64,000 nt of DNA from a virus. The stretch spans positions 1-64,000 of IMG/VR virus record IMGVR_UViG_3300031857_000018; one strand, 5' to 3'. How positions within the stretch are numbered: position 1 is the first letter of the stretch; every line of letters starts with the position of its first letter. Below the pieces are notes generated by a model. It worked only from the letters and a program-made list of their open reading frames with translations, had not been told where the DNA came from and searched no databases. Shown here one piece after another: positions 37,264 to 47,629 of the stretch. The translations under genes were made by a program, and so were the position numbers.

Positions 37264-40200
37264 TTAAATTCCTCTTACTATACATTTTGTTGTCCATGCT
37301 CCTGAAGTTGAAGATCCTGTTAATGCCATGTTTGATCCTGTAATAAATACTCCGAATGAAACTGCGGAAGTGTTACCAAAATCAGTTGTTGTAGTTTCTG
37401 TGAAGTTTACGGATGACCCACTCTGAATTGCCATGATTGTACCTGCTCGTGCATTTGAACCCGATCGTACAGAGTATTCAAAGAATGCAGTGTCATAAGA
37501 TGCTGTTGGTAAACTATACACCGTAAACGAACCTGAGTTTGTTTGCGTGATTTTAGCCGTTGTGATCAACATCGGATCTAGATAGTTACCAATCAGTGTG
37601 GTGTTATCAGAGAATACTTCTAAAATTGGCAAACCAGAAATATCATTAACTGAGAATAAAGAGCCACTTAAACTATCTGTTATGCTAAACAATTCACCTT
37701 GTGAACCTTGTACTGTGAATACTGGTAAGGCTGAACCTGATCCGTACACTGTTAGGGAAGAACCTGATGCTGTGTTTTGTGAACTTGATATAATTGTGCG
37801 AGATGCCGTTACGTTGAATAAGCGTGATTCATCTCCTAACCAAACCGTAGTACCGTTTCCTGTTCGGAAGTGTGGTCTTGTGTTGTTTGTTAGCGATCCG
37901 GTTGCTGCATACATTTGGAATGCACCGGATACCGTAGTTGCTGGTATTGAACCTGAGTGTATGGTTAGGGTGTTGGTTGCAGTAGTATCCCAATGCGTTC
38001 CAGAAGTTAATTGTGTGCTATTTCTAAATACGAGATTTGCTTTATTTGTCAAAAGCATGGTCTGACTATTTGCTCCAGAAGGATCAACACAAAAAGCTAA
38101 TGTTTGACCTAGTGCATTGGTATAAGATGATTGTCCTACTGCAATGATACCACTTAAAAGTGCAGATGCTCTTGCACCAAAACCAATGGCCAGTGATTGA
38201 TATCCAGAAGTACCATCTGCGATCGCAGTTGCACCAATTGCGGTGGAACTTATTCCGGCAATGGCGCTAGCGCCAATGGCCACACCTTGTATCCCAGTGA
38301 TTGATGTATTCGCTCCAATTGCAGTACCTCCATTATTTGATACAGCATTGTATCCAAATGCAACAGCATTTTCAGTTACCCCAGCTGATGCTATATCCTT
38401 TGCACCACCACCGATAACAACATTCTTAAACGCATCAGTCGTACCTAGTATTTGAGCATTCAATCCAATTGCGACTCTACCATCGCCGGTAATGGACATT
38501 AAGTTTTGAGTATCCGCACTATTTCTAACTCGGAACACAGTATCTGTGGATAATGCACCTTGGGCTTTTACGTCAAGTCTTGCGGCTGGTGTTAAAATTC
38601 CCACTCCAACGAACCTTGTTGTACCATTTAAGTTAATAATTGGATTTGTCGTATCAGTCGTTGGGCATATTCTTAATTGACCACTTTCATTTCTAAATTC
38701 CCAAAGATTTGTAACACTTGCGCCCGTAAAGCGGAATGTTCTTGAACCTGAATTGTTAATCAGGAAGCCATTTGAAACGACTTCCATTCCCGTTCCAGTT
38801 CCATAAAGACCATTTCCCGAATTTAAAGAAAATCCATCGGCATCAGTTCTTGGGTTTAGAGAGTATGTACTTACCCCATTTGCAAAAACAATAGAAGCGT
38901 TACCTCTTGCTTCAATTATATTAGCAGTACTAGCACTATTTCTAACGTTAAATATAGTGGAAGTTGTTGAAGTTGTAGCCAATAATGACATAGAACCTGT
39001 TACACCTAACGATCCAGTAATTAAAGCAGAACCGGTATATGGAAAAGTTGTGTCCGGAGCATATGATGCACTTACTGCTTGTAATACGTATGATGCAGTA
39101 CTAGCAAATGAACTGCTTAACACAGTCATTGATGCAGTATTCGAAGTTAGCACATATGGTAACAACATTGAACCGGTTGCACTAGTTAACACGTAGTTTG
39201 GAGCATGTGACGCAGTTACGGCATTACTTGCCCAACTAGAAGTACCAAACAAAGATCCGGTAAATGATGTAGCAGTTAATGAACCAGTTAAACCATATGA
39301 TCCAGTTAATTGGTTTGTGTTAATCCAAACACCGGTAGCATTACTCCCACTTCTAACTAGAAGTTGTCCTGGTGTAAGTGACCCGGTTGTTATTTTAACA
39401 TTGTGTAATTCATCTATTTCATATCCATTATCTACTTTAACAAATATCGTACCATTGTTTGAATGGGCGTATACTACATACCCTATAATTACAGTGTGTT
39501 GTGGAGCTTGTGGTTTTGTTGTTGTTATACCTCCAGCCGTTGTTGGTGATAGGTACAATACATCACCATCCACCCAAGTTTCTCCCTGCAATGCTCCGGT
39601 AGTGTTTATGCCTCTGACTAATCCACTATTAGTAATGAAACCTTCTTGGTTTACGTCGATATTCTCAGTTACTAGGCCTAATGTGTCCACTGAGTTAGCA
39701 TCATTGTCAGCTTGAGCCAGTACAATGGCTAATCGTTGGCCTTGAGATCCACCTTCGTCTACTCTTCGTATACGAGCAGCTTTATATTCAGATTCTAATA
39801 GATTAGTTCCGGTTTTGTTTACTGCCCTAACAACTTGCTCTTGACCTACTTGCAGAGTTACATTGCCACCTTTTAATCCTAAATTTAAGGTACCATCTGT
39901 ATCGTTCCACACCAATCGACTTGCTGCGGATGATCCTGAAAAATATACGGATGCTACTTCTGGTGTTGCTAAGTATAATGAGCCGGTTAGTTGTACGTTT
40001 TGATTGAGTGGATTAACATAAGATGCAGTCGCTGCATTCGTAGCCCAACTCGCAGTACCAAATAAACTTCCAGTAATGCTTCCTTGCACACGCAGTGACC
40101 CGGTTATCTCAACATCGCCTTGACGTGATATAGGATTCGATCCAGTCCATTTTGATGAAACAATGCCTGTTAATTGAGATCCATCACCTTTAAACGACCC

Positions 40201-40389
40201 AGTAAACGACCCGGTGGTATATGATGCAGTGAATGCATTAAATGAGCTTGTGGTTACAAATGAACCGGTGTTTATAGTAGTGCCACTTCCGCCACCACCA
40301 TTCAATGCAAATGATGCCGTTAACGCATAGCTTGACGAAATATTATATAAAGAACCGGTTTGTAATTGTCCTGGTTTGAACTGTCTCAT
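37264..40389 (-). CDS. long tail fibre protein
   Basis: Thr/Gly/Ser-rich with TGSL/TASY repeats and YadA-like AIG repeats; start at MRQFK (TAATG overlap). Confidence 0.8.
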   Translation of the reverse strand: MRQFKPGQLQTGSLYNISSSYALTASFALNGGGGSGTTINTGSFVTTSSFNAFTASYTTGSFTGSFKGDGSQLTGIVSSKWTGSNPISRQGDVEITGSLRVQGSITGSLFGTASWATNAATASYVNPLNQNVQLTGSLYLATPEVASVYFSGSSAASRLVWNDTDGTLNLGLKGGNVTLQVGQEQVVRAVNKTGTNLLESEYKAARIRRVDEGGSQGQRLAIVLAQADNDANSVDTLGLVTENIDVNQEGFITNSGLVRGINTTGALQGETWVDGDVLYLSPTTAGGITTTKPQAPQHTVIIGYVVYAHSNNGTIFVKVDNGYEIDELHNVKITTGSLTPGQLLVRSGSNATGVWINTNQLTGSYGLTGSLTATSFTGSLFGTSSWASNAVTASHAPNYVLTSATGSMLLPYVLTSNTASMTVLSSSFASTASYVLQAVSASYAPDTTFPYTGSALITGSLGVTGSMSLLATTSTTSTIFNVRNSASTANIIEARGNASIVFANGVSTYSLNPRTDADGFSLNSGNGLYGTGTGMEVVSNGFLINNSGSRTFRFTGASVTNLWEFRNESGQLRICPTTDTTNPIINLNGTTRFVGVGILTPAARLDVKAQGALSTDTVFRVRNSADTQNLMSITGDGRVAIGLNAQILGTTDAFKNVVIGGGAKDIASAGVTENAVAFGYNAVSNNGGTAIGANTSITGIQGVAIGASAIAGISSTAIGATAIADGTSGYQSLAIGFGARASALLSGIIAVGQSSYTNALGQTLAFCVDPSGANSQTMLLTNKANLVFRNSTQLTSGTHWDTTATNTLTIHSGSIPATTVSGAFQMYAATGSLTNNTRPHFRTGNGTTVWLGDESRLFNVTASRTIISSSQNTASGSSLTVYGSGSALPVFTVQGSQGELFSITDSLSGSLFSVNDISGLPILEVFSDNTTLIGNYLDPMLITTAKITQTNSGSFTVYSLPTASYDTAFFEYSVRSGSNARAGTIMAIQSGSSVNFTETTTTDFGNTSAVSFGVFITGSNMALTGSSTSGAWTTKCIVRGI

Positions 40390-41615
40390 TATGCCCACCT
40401 TCCATTAATAATTATCGTATCTGTGGAATCTATGGTGTATCCTAAAGTCGCAGTATCGAATATAATGGTCTGGTTTGCAATGTCTGATGGTGTCCAAGTA
40501 TATGCCACTTTATCTATGTATTGGCCGTTGATGTATACATTGAATTCGTTCTTGGTTGCCGTTAAATTAGTTACTGGATTGATTGCAGCAAATGCATTAA
40601 CTGTCACAGTTGTGCTAGATGAATATGTTGCTTGTCGATCTGAAACCGCGATTATATAAGATAGAGTTGCAGCATCAATCGTCGTGCTAGTTCCACCGCC
40701 GGTTACAGTTATATTACCTCCCCCTAATATTACACTCTGCACTTGTAATAGTTGTATTGGCACATTTACTGTAGCAAACATATCAGTTGTGCCTATATCA
40801 ACTACGGTATCATATGACACTCGTTTAACTGAGTACATTTTTTTAATAGTTGATATCCTGGTTTCTTGTTCTGATAACAGGGTACCTTGTACTGTTAATG
40901 GAATTGTCGCTCGCACTAATCGATCTTCTCCAACCGTATTCACAATTTCAAATGAAGTTTGACCAATGGCTGTTTCAAATCGGTTTGCTTCATTGCCCCA
41001 TAAAAATCTACCATATGGAAGTATTTGGTCAATTAAATCATTGAGTTGCGTGGTGAAATCACACCAAAGCATCATATCGTATTCAACAGTAACGTATTTT
41101 GGAATATCCACAACATAAAACTGTTCACTTGGTTGTGGCTCTGAATTTGGTATTGGAAATAATACATCTTCATACCGATTTCGAGCATTGTATTTACTTT
41201 TATATACTATCTGATTTCCAGCTGGCATACGATTAACATCCAATGTTCTCAATGAGTCTCGTTCTACCACACTGTTTCGTTTCAACATGATTAATGGAGA
41301 TTGAAGCATTCCTTTTTCATCTCGCAAATAACCTAATCTACGAACATTGTCCCATTTTTCACCGTTAGCAAAAATTACCGGGACTGGAATTAATTCAGTG
41401 TTATGATTAATCTGAGGTTGTATTTCATTATCAACATACCACTTAATTGCATAATCAATATCATACAATGTGCGTTGCACTGTTCGTACTACATCATCAT
41501 CTCGTCTTATTTGATTAGCTCGATTCAACAGTTGATCGTTTGTTAAGCCTTCTGTTCTGTATGGCTCTGGCTTATTAGTTTTACGATCAATATTTTTTCT
41601 ATTTAATCTAGGCAT
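40389..41615 (-). CDS. tail completion / sheath stabiliser (gp15-like) with C-terminal extension
   Basis: VPVIFANGEKW, PLIMLKR, PKYVTVEY; follows the neck genes. Confidence 0.65.
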   Translation of the reverse strand: MPRLNRKNIDRKTNKPEPYRTEGLTNDQLLNRANQIRRDDDVVRTVQRTLYDIDYAIKWYVDNEIQPQINHNTELIPVPVIFANGEKWDNVRRLGYLRDEKGMLQSPLIMLKRNSVVERDSLRTLDVNRMPAGNQIVYKSKYNARNRYEDVLFPIPNSEPQPSEQFYVVDIPKYVTVEYDMMLWCDFTTQLNDLIDQILPYGRFLWGNEANRFETAIGQTSFEIVNTVGEDRLVRATIPLTVQGTLLSEQETRISTIKKMYSVKRVSYDTVVDIGTTDMFATVNVPIQLLQVQSVILGGGNITVTGGGTSTTIDAATLSYIIAVSDRQATYSSSTTVTVNAFAAINPVTNLTATKNEFNVYINGQYIDKVAYTWTPSDIANQTIIFDTATLGYTIDSTDTIIINGRWA

Positions 41616-42136
41616 TATTTATTACCTTTGTATGCAAAATTATTGTTTCCGCCTCGACGAAGATCTTTGATACCATGTGGTGTTTGTCTTGTTGCATGTG
41701 CATCACATAATACAGATATACTGTATCCATGCTGTGAACCGTTTGGCCATGTTTCAGGATTTTTACCAGCAAAGTATTGATTTGCATCTACATTGTCTAG
41801 TTCATAGTATTCATTATCCCAAAACACAATATCGCCTACTTCTGGGAAGAAATCAGCTCGTTCTAAAATATCTCTTGATATTCCAAATTGGGCTGTTCGT
41901 GTATATGAATGACCATAATCATCCATAGTCGCAGTTTTTGATTCTTTAGTTATTAAACACGGAAGCAATATAGAATCATAATATGATTTAGATGGAGATT
42001 CTCCATACATGTTAGAATCTGATGATTCGATAATTAATTTGAAAAATTCTATTTCTGTATCGACAATTGCATTTAATAATTCTGCGTTAACAGAAGCTAA
42101 GAATTTAGCGTCTCTAATTCCTCCAAACAGTGCCAT
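41615..42136 (-). CDS. neck / head closure protein (gp14-like)
   Basis: NMYGES, FPEVGDIVFWDNEYYE. Confidence 0.75.
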   Translation of the reverse strand: MALFGGIRDAKFLASVNAELLNAIVDTEIEFFKLIIESSDSNMYGESPSKSYYDSILLPCLITKESKTATMDDYGHSYTRTAQFGISRDILERADFFPEVGDIVFWDNEYYELDNVDANQYFAGKNPETWPNGSQHGYSISVLCDAHATRQTPHGIKDLRRGGNNNFAYKGNK

Positions 42137-42145
42137 ATCTTACTC

Positions 42146-43390
42146 CTATCCAACATATATTTTTAATGGAATTTTACCTAGTATTTCAGTCATTTGGGTA
42201 GCTTCGGTATTTTGGCGGGTCAACATTTTTTCTTTTGTTAATTCTGCTAAAAATTCACGAAGTTGTGTTACTAGAGCTTCTTTTTCTGATTGGCCCTGTG
42301 TTACTAGTTCCGACCCATTTAATGTTACTTCTGAATTTGGAATTGGTATCGATGAATATTTACCTCGTACATATCCCAACATTTCTTTCACAGTTGCAAC
42401 ACCGTATTTAAATATCCAAGAACGGCCCATATCATTAATTGTCCTGTACTGATGATTCGTATATGGTATATTTGCTGCGTCACTTACGACCCCAGTTAAA
42501 AGTGCTGTATTCCCAAACAAAATAGCTTGTTTGCTTTTTTCTTCTTCAAGCAAATATTCAATCCATACATTATTATAAAATAAAGAAGATGCAGATGATC
42601 CCGTACCAGATGATGGTATAGGCCAAAACTTAATGTCATCTCCGTGTATTTCAAATGAGTAATGTGACTTACGTACTTGGTCATTGAATTCAATTGCCTG
42701 CAATCTTAATAAATCTGCGTGTATTGGCATCATCATAAAACTAATTGAAGGTGAAAATCCTCCAAAGTTAAATGAATCTAATAATTGTTGCGAACCTAGA
42801 CCTGTTCCAACAAATGGATCAAAATATCTTGTAATTGCCGGCGGTGGATTATGCAATACTCTGCGAATTTCAATTGAACTAGTATTGGATAAACTAGAAC
42901 TGTTTGCTGATAATGATGCAGATACTGCTTCGCGAATACTATATGTTTGTTGTCCAGGAATAATGTTAACAACAGCTTTACGCCATTTTACATCACCCCC
43001 CGAGTCAGCTTCAGTACCATATGCTCTAGATAGTTTAGTTATGTATCCTAAAGATTGCCCAATATTAACACCAGTCATGGATCCACCATTGCCTGTTAAA
43101 TAATCAGAACCGGTTTGAACTCCTAACGTGTTAATCAGGTTATTAACAATGTTAACTTGATTAATCTGGTTTGAATATTCTAGTACTGCGGCTTCAAATG
43201 CAGTATAAAAATTTATATCTAAAAGTTCAACATCCATAATTGGATATCCAACATGTTGTGCTGCAAACTTTGCAAATCGATCTGCATGGTTCTGGAACAT
43301 CGGATCAGTATCAAAGAATCCAAATGGTGTAGATCCAGTTGTAAATGAAGAGGAACCTGGCCAAATTGGTTTATTTTCTGAGTAATCCAT
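42146..43390 (-). CDS. neck / head-tail adaptor (gp13-like)
   Basis: GYPIMDVEL, WIFKY, KEMLGYVRGKY, VTLNG. Confidence 0.8.
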   Translation of the reverse strand: MDYSENKPIWPGSSSFTTGSTPFGFFDTDPMFQNHADRFAKFAAQHVGYPIMDVELLDINFYTAFEAAVLEYSNQINQVNIVNNLINTLGVQTGSDYLTGNGGSMTGVNIGQSLGYITKLSRAYGTEADSGGDVKWRKAVVNIIPGQQTYSIREAVSASLSANSSSLSNTSSIEIRRVLHNPPPAITRYFDPFVGTGLGSQQLLDSFNFGGFSPSISFMMMPIHADLLRLQAIEFNDQVRKSHYSFEIHGDDIKFWPIPSSGTGSSASSLFYNNVWIEYLLEEEKSKQAILFGNTALLTGVVSDAANIPYTNHQYRTINDMGRSWIFKYGVATVKEMLGYVRGKYSSIPIPNSEVTLNGSELVTQGQSEKEALVTQLREFLAELTKEKMLTRQNTEATQMTEILGKIPLKIYVG

Positions 43391-43420
43391 TTGTTTTACC
43401 TTTTATATATAAATATGTTA

Positions 43421-44080
43421 TTAATCATTTAATCTGGTTAAAATATCATCTAATGCTTCATGGCGGTGATTATCCAATAAAATGATTTCATTCACCCATT
43501 TTGAGTCTCGAAGTTTAGGAACTTCATGTGTAGCAGAATCATTTTTAAATTTTAAATCTACCTGATATTTGTCACCACATAGTATCATGATGCTATCTTT
43601 ACCTAATCGAGACAACACCATTTTAAGTTGCTCTTTAGTTAAGTTTTGAAACTCATCCACAATACAAACTGCATGGTCAAATGTACGTCCTCGAAAGTGT
43701 GCTAATGATACTAATTCAATATTTTCTTCTTTTTCCATTTTTTCTAGAAGCTCTGGCTTGTTATACACTTTACGCATATTGCTTCGAATTGGAACTAACC
43801 ATGGTTCCATTTTTTCTGTGAGCGACCCGGGTAAGAATCCGTTGTCTTCATTTGAAACAGTAGGACGAGTAATGATAATTTTGTTTGTTTGTCGTTTAAA
43901 AAACATGTCCAATGCAATTTGAACTGCTAACAATGTTTTACCCGATCCAGCTTTACCTAATATAAAGTTAAATGGCGTTTCTATAATCTTTGCTTTTGCT
44001 TCTTTTTGTTCGTCTGATAATGTAATTGAAAATTTAATATCGTTCTTTGGTGGAGTTTTCTCCTTATTAGTTGTAGCCAT
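43421..44080 (-). CDS. phoH: PhoH-like ATPase
   Basis: GKAGSGKT, ITRP, GFLPG, RGRTF, DEFQN, GDKYQVD. Confidence 0.95.
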   Translation of the reverse strand: MATTNKEKTPPKNDIKFSITLSDEQKEAKAKIIETPFNFILGKAGSGKTLLAVQIALDMFFKRQTNKIIITRPTVSNEDNGFLPGSLTEKMEPWLVPIRSNMRKVYNKPELLEKMEKEENIELVSLAHFRGRTFDHAVCIVDEFQNLTKEQLKMVLSRLGKDSIMILCGDKYQVDLKFKNDSATHEVPKLRDSKWVNEIILLDNHRHEALDDILTRLND

Positions 44081-44104
44081 TGATAACCTTTTGTTGTAAC
44101 GTGA

Positions 44105-44380
44105 TTAAAATAATTTTGTAAGTGTTGTTTCTTTGAGTTGCATATCTTTTAGTGTTTCTATTTTACCTAAACACATTTGACGAACTGCTTGAAATGTTTT
44201 ACGAGCTGGATATGGTGTCATTATCTTGAGTGTGATTAATTCTTTGTCTGGTCCTAAATCTTGTTCGATATGAACCATTAATACTAAACGAATTGCCCGA
44301 ATTCGATCCAATACATCTACTAGACGACCATCATATCGGATAACCGCTTGCATTGAGTATTTACTTCTAGGTACTGCCAT
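44105..44380 (-). CDS. hypothetical protein
   Basis: 91-aa ORF with late-type motif at 44394-44402. Confidence 0.7.
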   Translation of the reverse strand: MAVPRSKYSMQAVIRYDGRLVDVLDRIRAIRLVLMVHIEQDLGPDKELITLKIMTPYPARKTFQAVRQMCLGKIETLKDMQLKETTLTKLF

Positions 44381-44410
44381 ATTATTCTTTTAATATAAAT
44401 ATAGCACAGT

Positions 44411-44440
44411 AAAAAAGGGATGACCGAAGCCATCCCCTTT
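44411..44440 (-). terminator. intrinsic terminator with C(UUCG)G loop after major capsid gene
   Basis: GGGATGGC-TTCG-GTCATCCC-TTTTTT. Confidence 0.88.
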
Positions 44441-44484
44441 AATTCATTCTTTAATTTGTTAAGTCAATTAAATTCAATTAACTA

Positions 44485-46149
44485 TTAAAGAGTGTTTAAT
44501 CCGTGAACGTATACTTTTCCGTAGAATTCAGAACGAACTACTTTCTTCGCGTAACGTGTCATGACACCTTTACGTGGAGTGAAGTTAACTGGATCGTATA
44601 CAAGTGGAGTCATAATCAATGGAATGTATGGGCTAAATACAGCACCTGTTTCCAAGAATTGTGAACCTCTAAAGCCCATTAAGATTACATTTTCTAACAT
44701 GTATGGGTTTTTATAAACTGTGTAACGGTTATTGATTGCACCAATTTTTTGTACACCTGCTGCAAATTCCATTTTAGTACCATCTGTGTCAGCGGCAAAT
44801 CCTGGGATAGACTCAAGAACAGTTGCTACTGCAGGAGAACATACTAGGAAGTTAGCACCACCACGCAATGTTTTTTGGTGAATCTTATTAGATACTTTTT
44901 GAAGTTTAGTACCTAAAGTTTGGAACCATCCACCTTGAGTGTTATAGAAACCATCACCTAAACCAGTTGCTGATACAGCACCAGCTGCTACTTGTTCAAA
45001 TGCAGTACCATTCCAAAGTGTATTGTTACGAGCTGACCAATACTCAGTTGTTGGAGCTGCTGCGATCAACATATCAAGGATTTCAAGATCGATTTCCATT
45101 GATACATACTCAGACAACATTGAAGTCAATTCAGCTTCAGCATCAATTGAGTGGTAAGCATTTAAATCTTGAGCAAACTCAGGAGTCCAAACTGCTTTCA
45201 ACTTACGAGTCTTAGCAACAATTGGCTCAGATTGCATTTCAAGGTTAATTTCTGGGATATCAATATCCGTACCTTGGTTAATACCAGATGTACCATAAGC
45301 AGTACCTTTGAATGGATTTGCATCTTCAAAATCACCACGAGTGATATCTGTAGGTTGTTTGCTATAGTTTAATCTCAATGTACCTGCTGAAATCGATGCA
45401 CTAACTGCAGTTAATTGTGCGTTTGTTACAACGAATGATGCGGTGTAATTGCTTGTGATAGTAGAGAATGCTTGTACCGGTACAATTTCTGTAGATCCAG
45501 ACAAGAATGTGAATGAACGTACTGCATAAAGATCTGCATTTGTAGGAACGTTAACTGTTACCACTTTAAATGCAGAAGATCCAGAGTATGCAGAATCACC
45601 ATTAACTTGCGTAGCTGTTGGAGTAGAACCAGTAGTTGCTGTTACAATTGAAGCTGTTTCGTTGATTGAATATCCGAAACGACCTGCACCGTAAAGACCT
45701 CCTGATGCATCATTAGCAGTAGTAGTAACACCGAACATTGAATCGTCTGCGTTTGGAGAACCAAATGGATCACCTGTGCGGTTCAAGTTATCATTGTCAA
45801 ATCCAGGCTGAGCTGTACCATACTTAAAATCTAGATAGAAAATAAGTCCTGATGGTAAGTTCATTGGCTGAACTGAAACGAATTCTTTTGCTGCAAACTC
45901 AGCAAAGATACGACGTACCAATGGAAGTGCAACACCTGCCCACTCTTCAGATCCTGCTGTTGTACCAGTTGAAGTAGCTTCTTTTACTAATTGACGTGCT
46001 TGGTTTTCAAGCAACTGAGCCATACCTGCTTTTTCGGTTTCGCCCTTAAGACCTTCTAATAGACCGGTCTTTTCCCATTTGCTAGCTAACGCTTTTGCTT
46101 GATTTCTTTGTACAAAATCGTTAGTTTGCAATAAATTTGAAATACTCAT
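44485..46149 (-). CDS. major capsid protein (gp23-like)
   Basis: LLENQ, PLVRR, VSVQPM, AKTRKLKA.WT.E.AQDL, PYIPL, GVMTRY. Confidence 0.97.
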   Translation of the reverse strand: MSISNLLQTNDFVQRNQAKALASKWEKTGLLEGLKGETEKAGMAQLLENQARQLVKEATSTGTTAGSEEWAGVALPLVRRIFAEFAAKEFVSVQPMNLPSGLIFYLDFKYGTAQPGFDNDNLNRTGDPFGSPNADDSMFGVTTTANDASGGLYGAGRFGYSINETASIVTATTGSTPTATQVNGDSAYSGSSAFKVVTVNVPTNADLYAVRSFTFLSGSTEIVPVQAFSTITSNYTASFVVTNAQLTAVSASISAGTLRLNYSKQPTDITRGDFEDANPFKGTAYGTSGINQGTDIDIPEINLEMQSEPIVAKTRKLKAVWTPEFAQDLNAYHSIDAEAELTSMLSEYVSMEIDLEILDMLIAAAPTTEYWSARNNTLWNGTAFEQVAAGAVSATGLGDGFYNTQGGWFQTLGTKLQKVSNKIHQKTLRGGANFLVCSPAVATVLESIPGFAADTDGTKMEFAAGVQKIGAINNRYTVYKNPYMLENVILMGFRGSQFLETGAVFSPYIPLIMTPLVYDPVNFTPRKGVMTRYAKKVVRSEFYGKVYVHGLNTL

Positions 46150-46177
46150 TTTTGTGTTTCCTTTTCTTTTTGTTTTG

Positions 46178-47179
46178 TTATAGCAATCCTGCTAATTTTT
46201 TCCAACGTTCTGCTTGCTCAAATCCTTCATTAAGAATTGGTGCTTTTTTAGGAGCCGTAGTTGCAGTCGCTTTAGACGCATACGATTCTTTAACAACACG
46301 TTTCTTAGTTACTGGTCTTGAGAAAGATTCAGCTAATGTTGTAAATACTAATTTTACTTCTCTTGTATTAACTGAACGATCGAAGTTTTCAATCACTTTC
46401 ATTTTCTGTGCTTCAGTTAATTCAAAATTGCGGAACAATTTGTTTGTGTAAAGAAGTTTTGCATTAAGAAGATTAACCTCATTGATGATGCTAGTAAGTT
46501 TTTTAACCGTACGATAAGCTTCTGCTAATTCTTCGTCTTTTTTAGCAACTTCATCATCTTTAACTTCTGGCTCGTCTTCCATATCATCTTCTTCACGAAG
46601 AATTGATTCAATGATTTCATCGATATCCATATCACCAGCTTCTGGCTCATATCCATCCGATACCATATCGTCTTCTGGCATTTCCATTTCGTCTTCTGAC
46701 ATTTCCATGTCCATATCGCCTTCTAACTCACGAATGATTCCTTCAAGATCTAGATCGTCATGATCATAGCCTTCGTTGTACTCTGCATCCATCTCATCAT
46801 CAGACATTGGCATTTCTTCTGCTGGAAGTTCTTCACCACCTAATTCTTCTTCTTCTCCACCGGCCATGCCAACTTCGAAATCGTAAGTGCTTCCACCTAC
46901 TTCTGCAGATAGATCATTGTCTACCCAATTAAAATCATCGCCACCTTCAGCATCCATGTCCATTTCCATATCAGCTTCTGGTGCAGCATCTAATGCTTCT
47001 TCACCGGTTGCATCAATTTCTTCTTCGCCGTCGATTTCATTTGTTAGTTTAGTTGCTAACATTCTTTCTAGACGAGGAGCAAATGCTTCTTGTAAGGCGA
47101 TCTTTGCGTTTGCTAATGCAGTTTCTTTAACAGCGTTAGCATCAGCGATTGCTTGTTTTAGCAAATCTGATTTTGCCAT
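46178..47179 (-). CDS. prohead core scaffold protein
   Basis: highly acidic coiled-coil protein directly upstream of the capsid gene. Confidence 0.8.
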   Translation of the reverse strand: MAKSDLLKQAIADANAVKETALANAKIALQEAFAPRLERMLATKLTNEIDGEEEIDATGEEALDAAPEADMEMDMDAEGGDDFNWVDNDLSAEVGGSTYDFEVGMAGGEEEELGGEELPAEEMPMSDDEMDAEYNEGYDHDDLDLEGIIRELEGDMDMEMSEDEMEMPEDDMVSDGYEPEAGDMDIDEIIESILREEDDMEDEPEVKDDEVAKKDEELAEAYRTVKKLTSIINEVNLLNAKLLYTNKLFRNFELTEAQKMKVIENFDRSVNTREVKLVFTTLAESFSRPVTKKRVVKESYASKATATTAPKKAPILNEGFEQAERWKKLAGLL

Positions 47180-47316
47180 AGTTTTTCCCCTAAATTTTGT
47201 TTTTGGAAGTAAGATTATTTGAAATCTTAATAGAATTTTAAAATTATATAAACGCTATATAATAAGAACGGAATAGCGTATTCTTTAATATATATCAGCC
47301 AGTTTGAAAAAACAGT

Positions 47317-47348
47317 AAAAAAGTCCCAACTTTTTCAAGCTAGGACTT
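47317..47348 (-). terminator. intrinsic terminator after bS21
   Basis: AAGTCCTAGCTT-GAAA-AAGTTGGGAC-TTTTTT. Confidence 0.8.
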
Positions 47349-47374
47349 AATTTAATACTTTTGTGGTAAAGATA

Positions 47375-47620
47375 TTATTTTGAATGCATTGTGCGAATAT
47401 GTTGCATATATGCTGCGTTTGCGTGTTGTTGTCGTTTTAGCACACTTGGCTTAATGAATTCTTTTCGATCTTTAGTTGCCTCTAACACTCCAGACATTTT
47501 TACTTTGCGTTTCCATGTTTTAAGTGCGGCTGCTAAATCTTCTCTAGTGCTCCCCGGTACATGCACTGCCATTGATTGACCGGGAACAATCATTTGATGT
47601 TGTTTTTGTTTTTTACTCAT
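47375..47620 (-). CDS. rpsU: phage-encoded ribosomal protein bS21
   Basis: LAAALKTWKRKVKMSGVLEATKDRKEFIKPSVLKR matches the bS21 core pattern AL+.FK+K...G.L...+.R..Y.KPS. Confidence 0.85.
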   Translation of the reverse strand: MSKKQKQHQMIVPGQSMAVHVPGSTREDLAAALKTWKRKVKMSGVLEATKDRKEFIKPSVLKRQQHANAAYMQHIRTMHSK

Positions 47621-47629
47621 ATAACTGGT

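Noticed and set aside
32347-40389. Diversity-generating retroelement acting on fibre or LamG genes
   Set aside because: No reverse transcriptase and no template/variable repeat pair with adenine-specific differences were seen in the window.
43421-44080. phoH as a novel auxiliary gene
   Set aside because: It is very common in large aquatic phages; nothing unusual here beyond its position next to the capsid gene.
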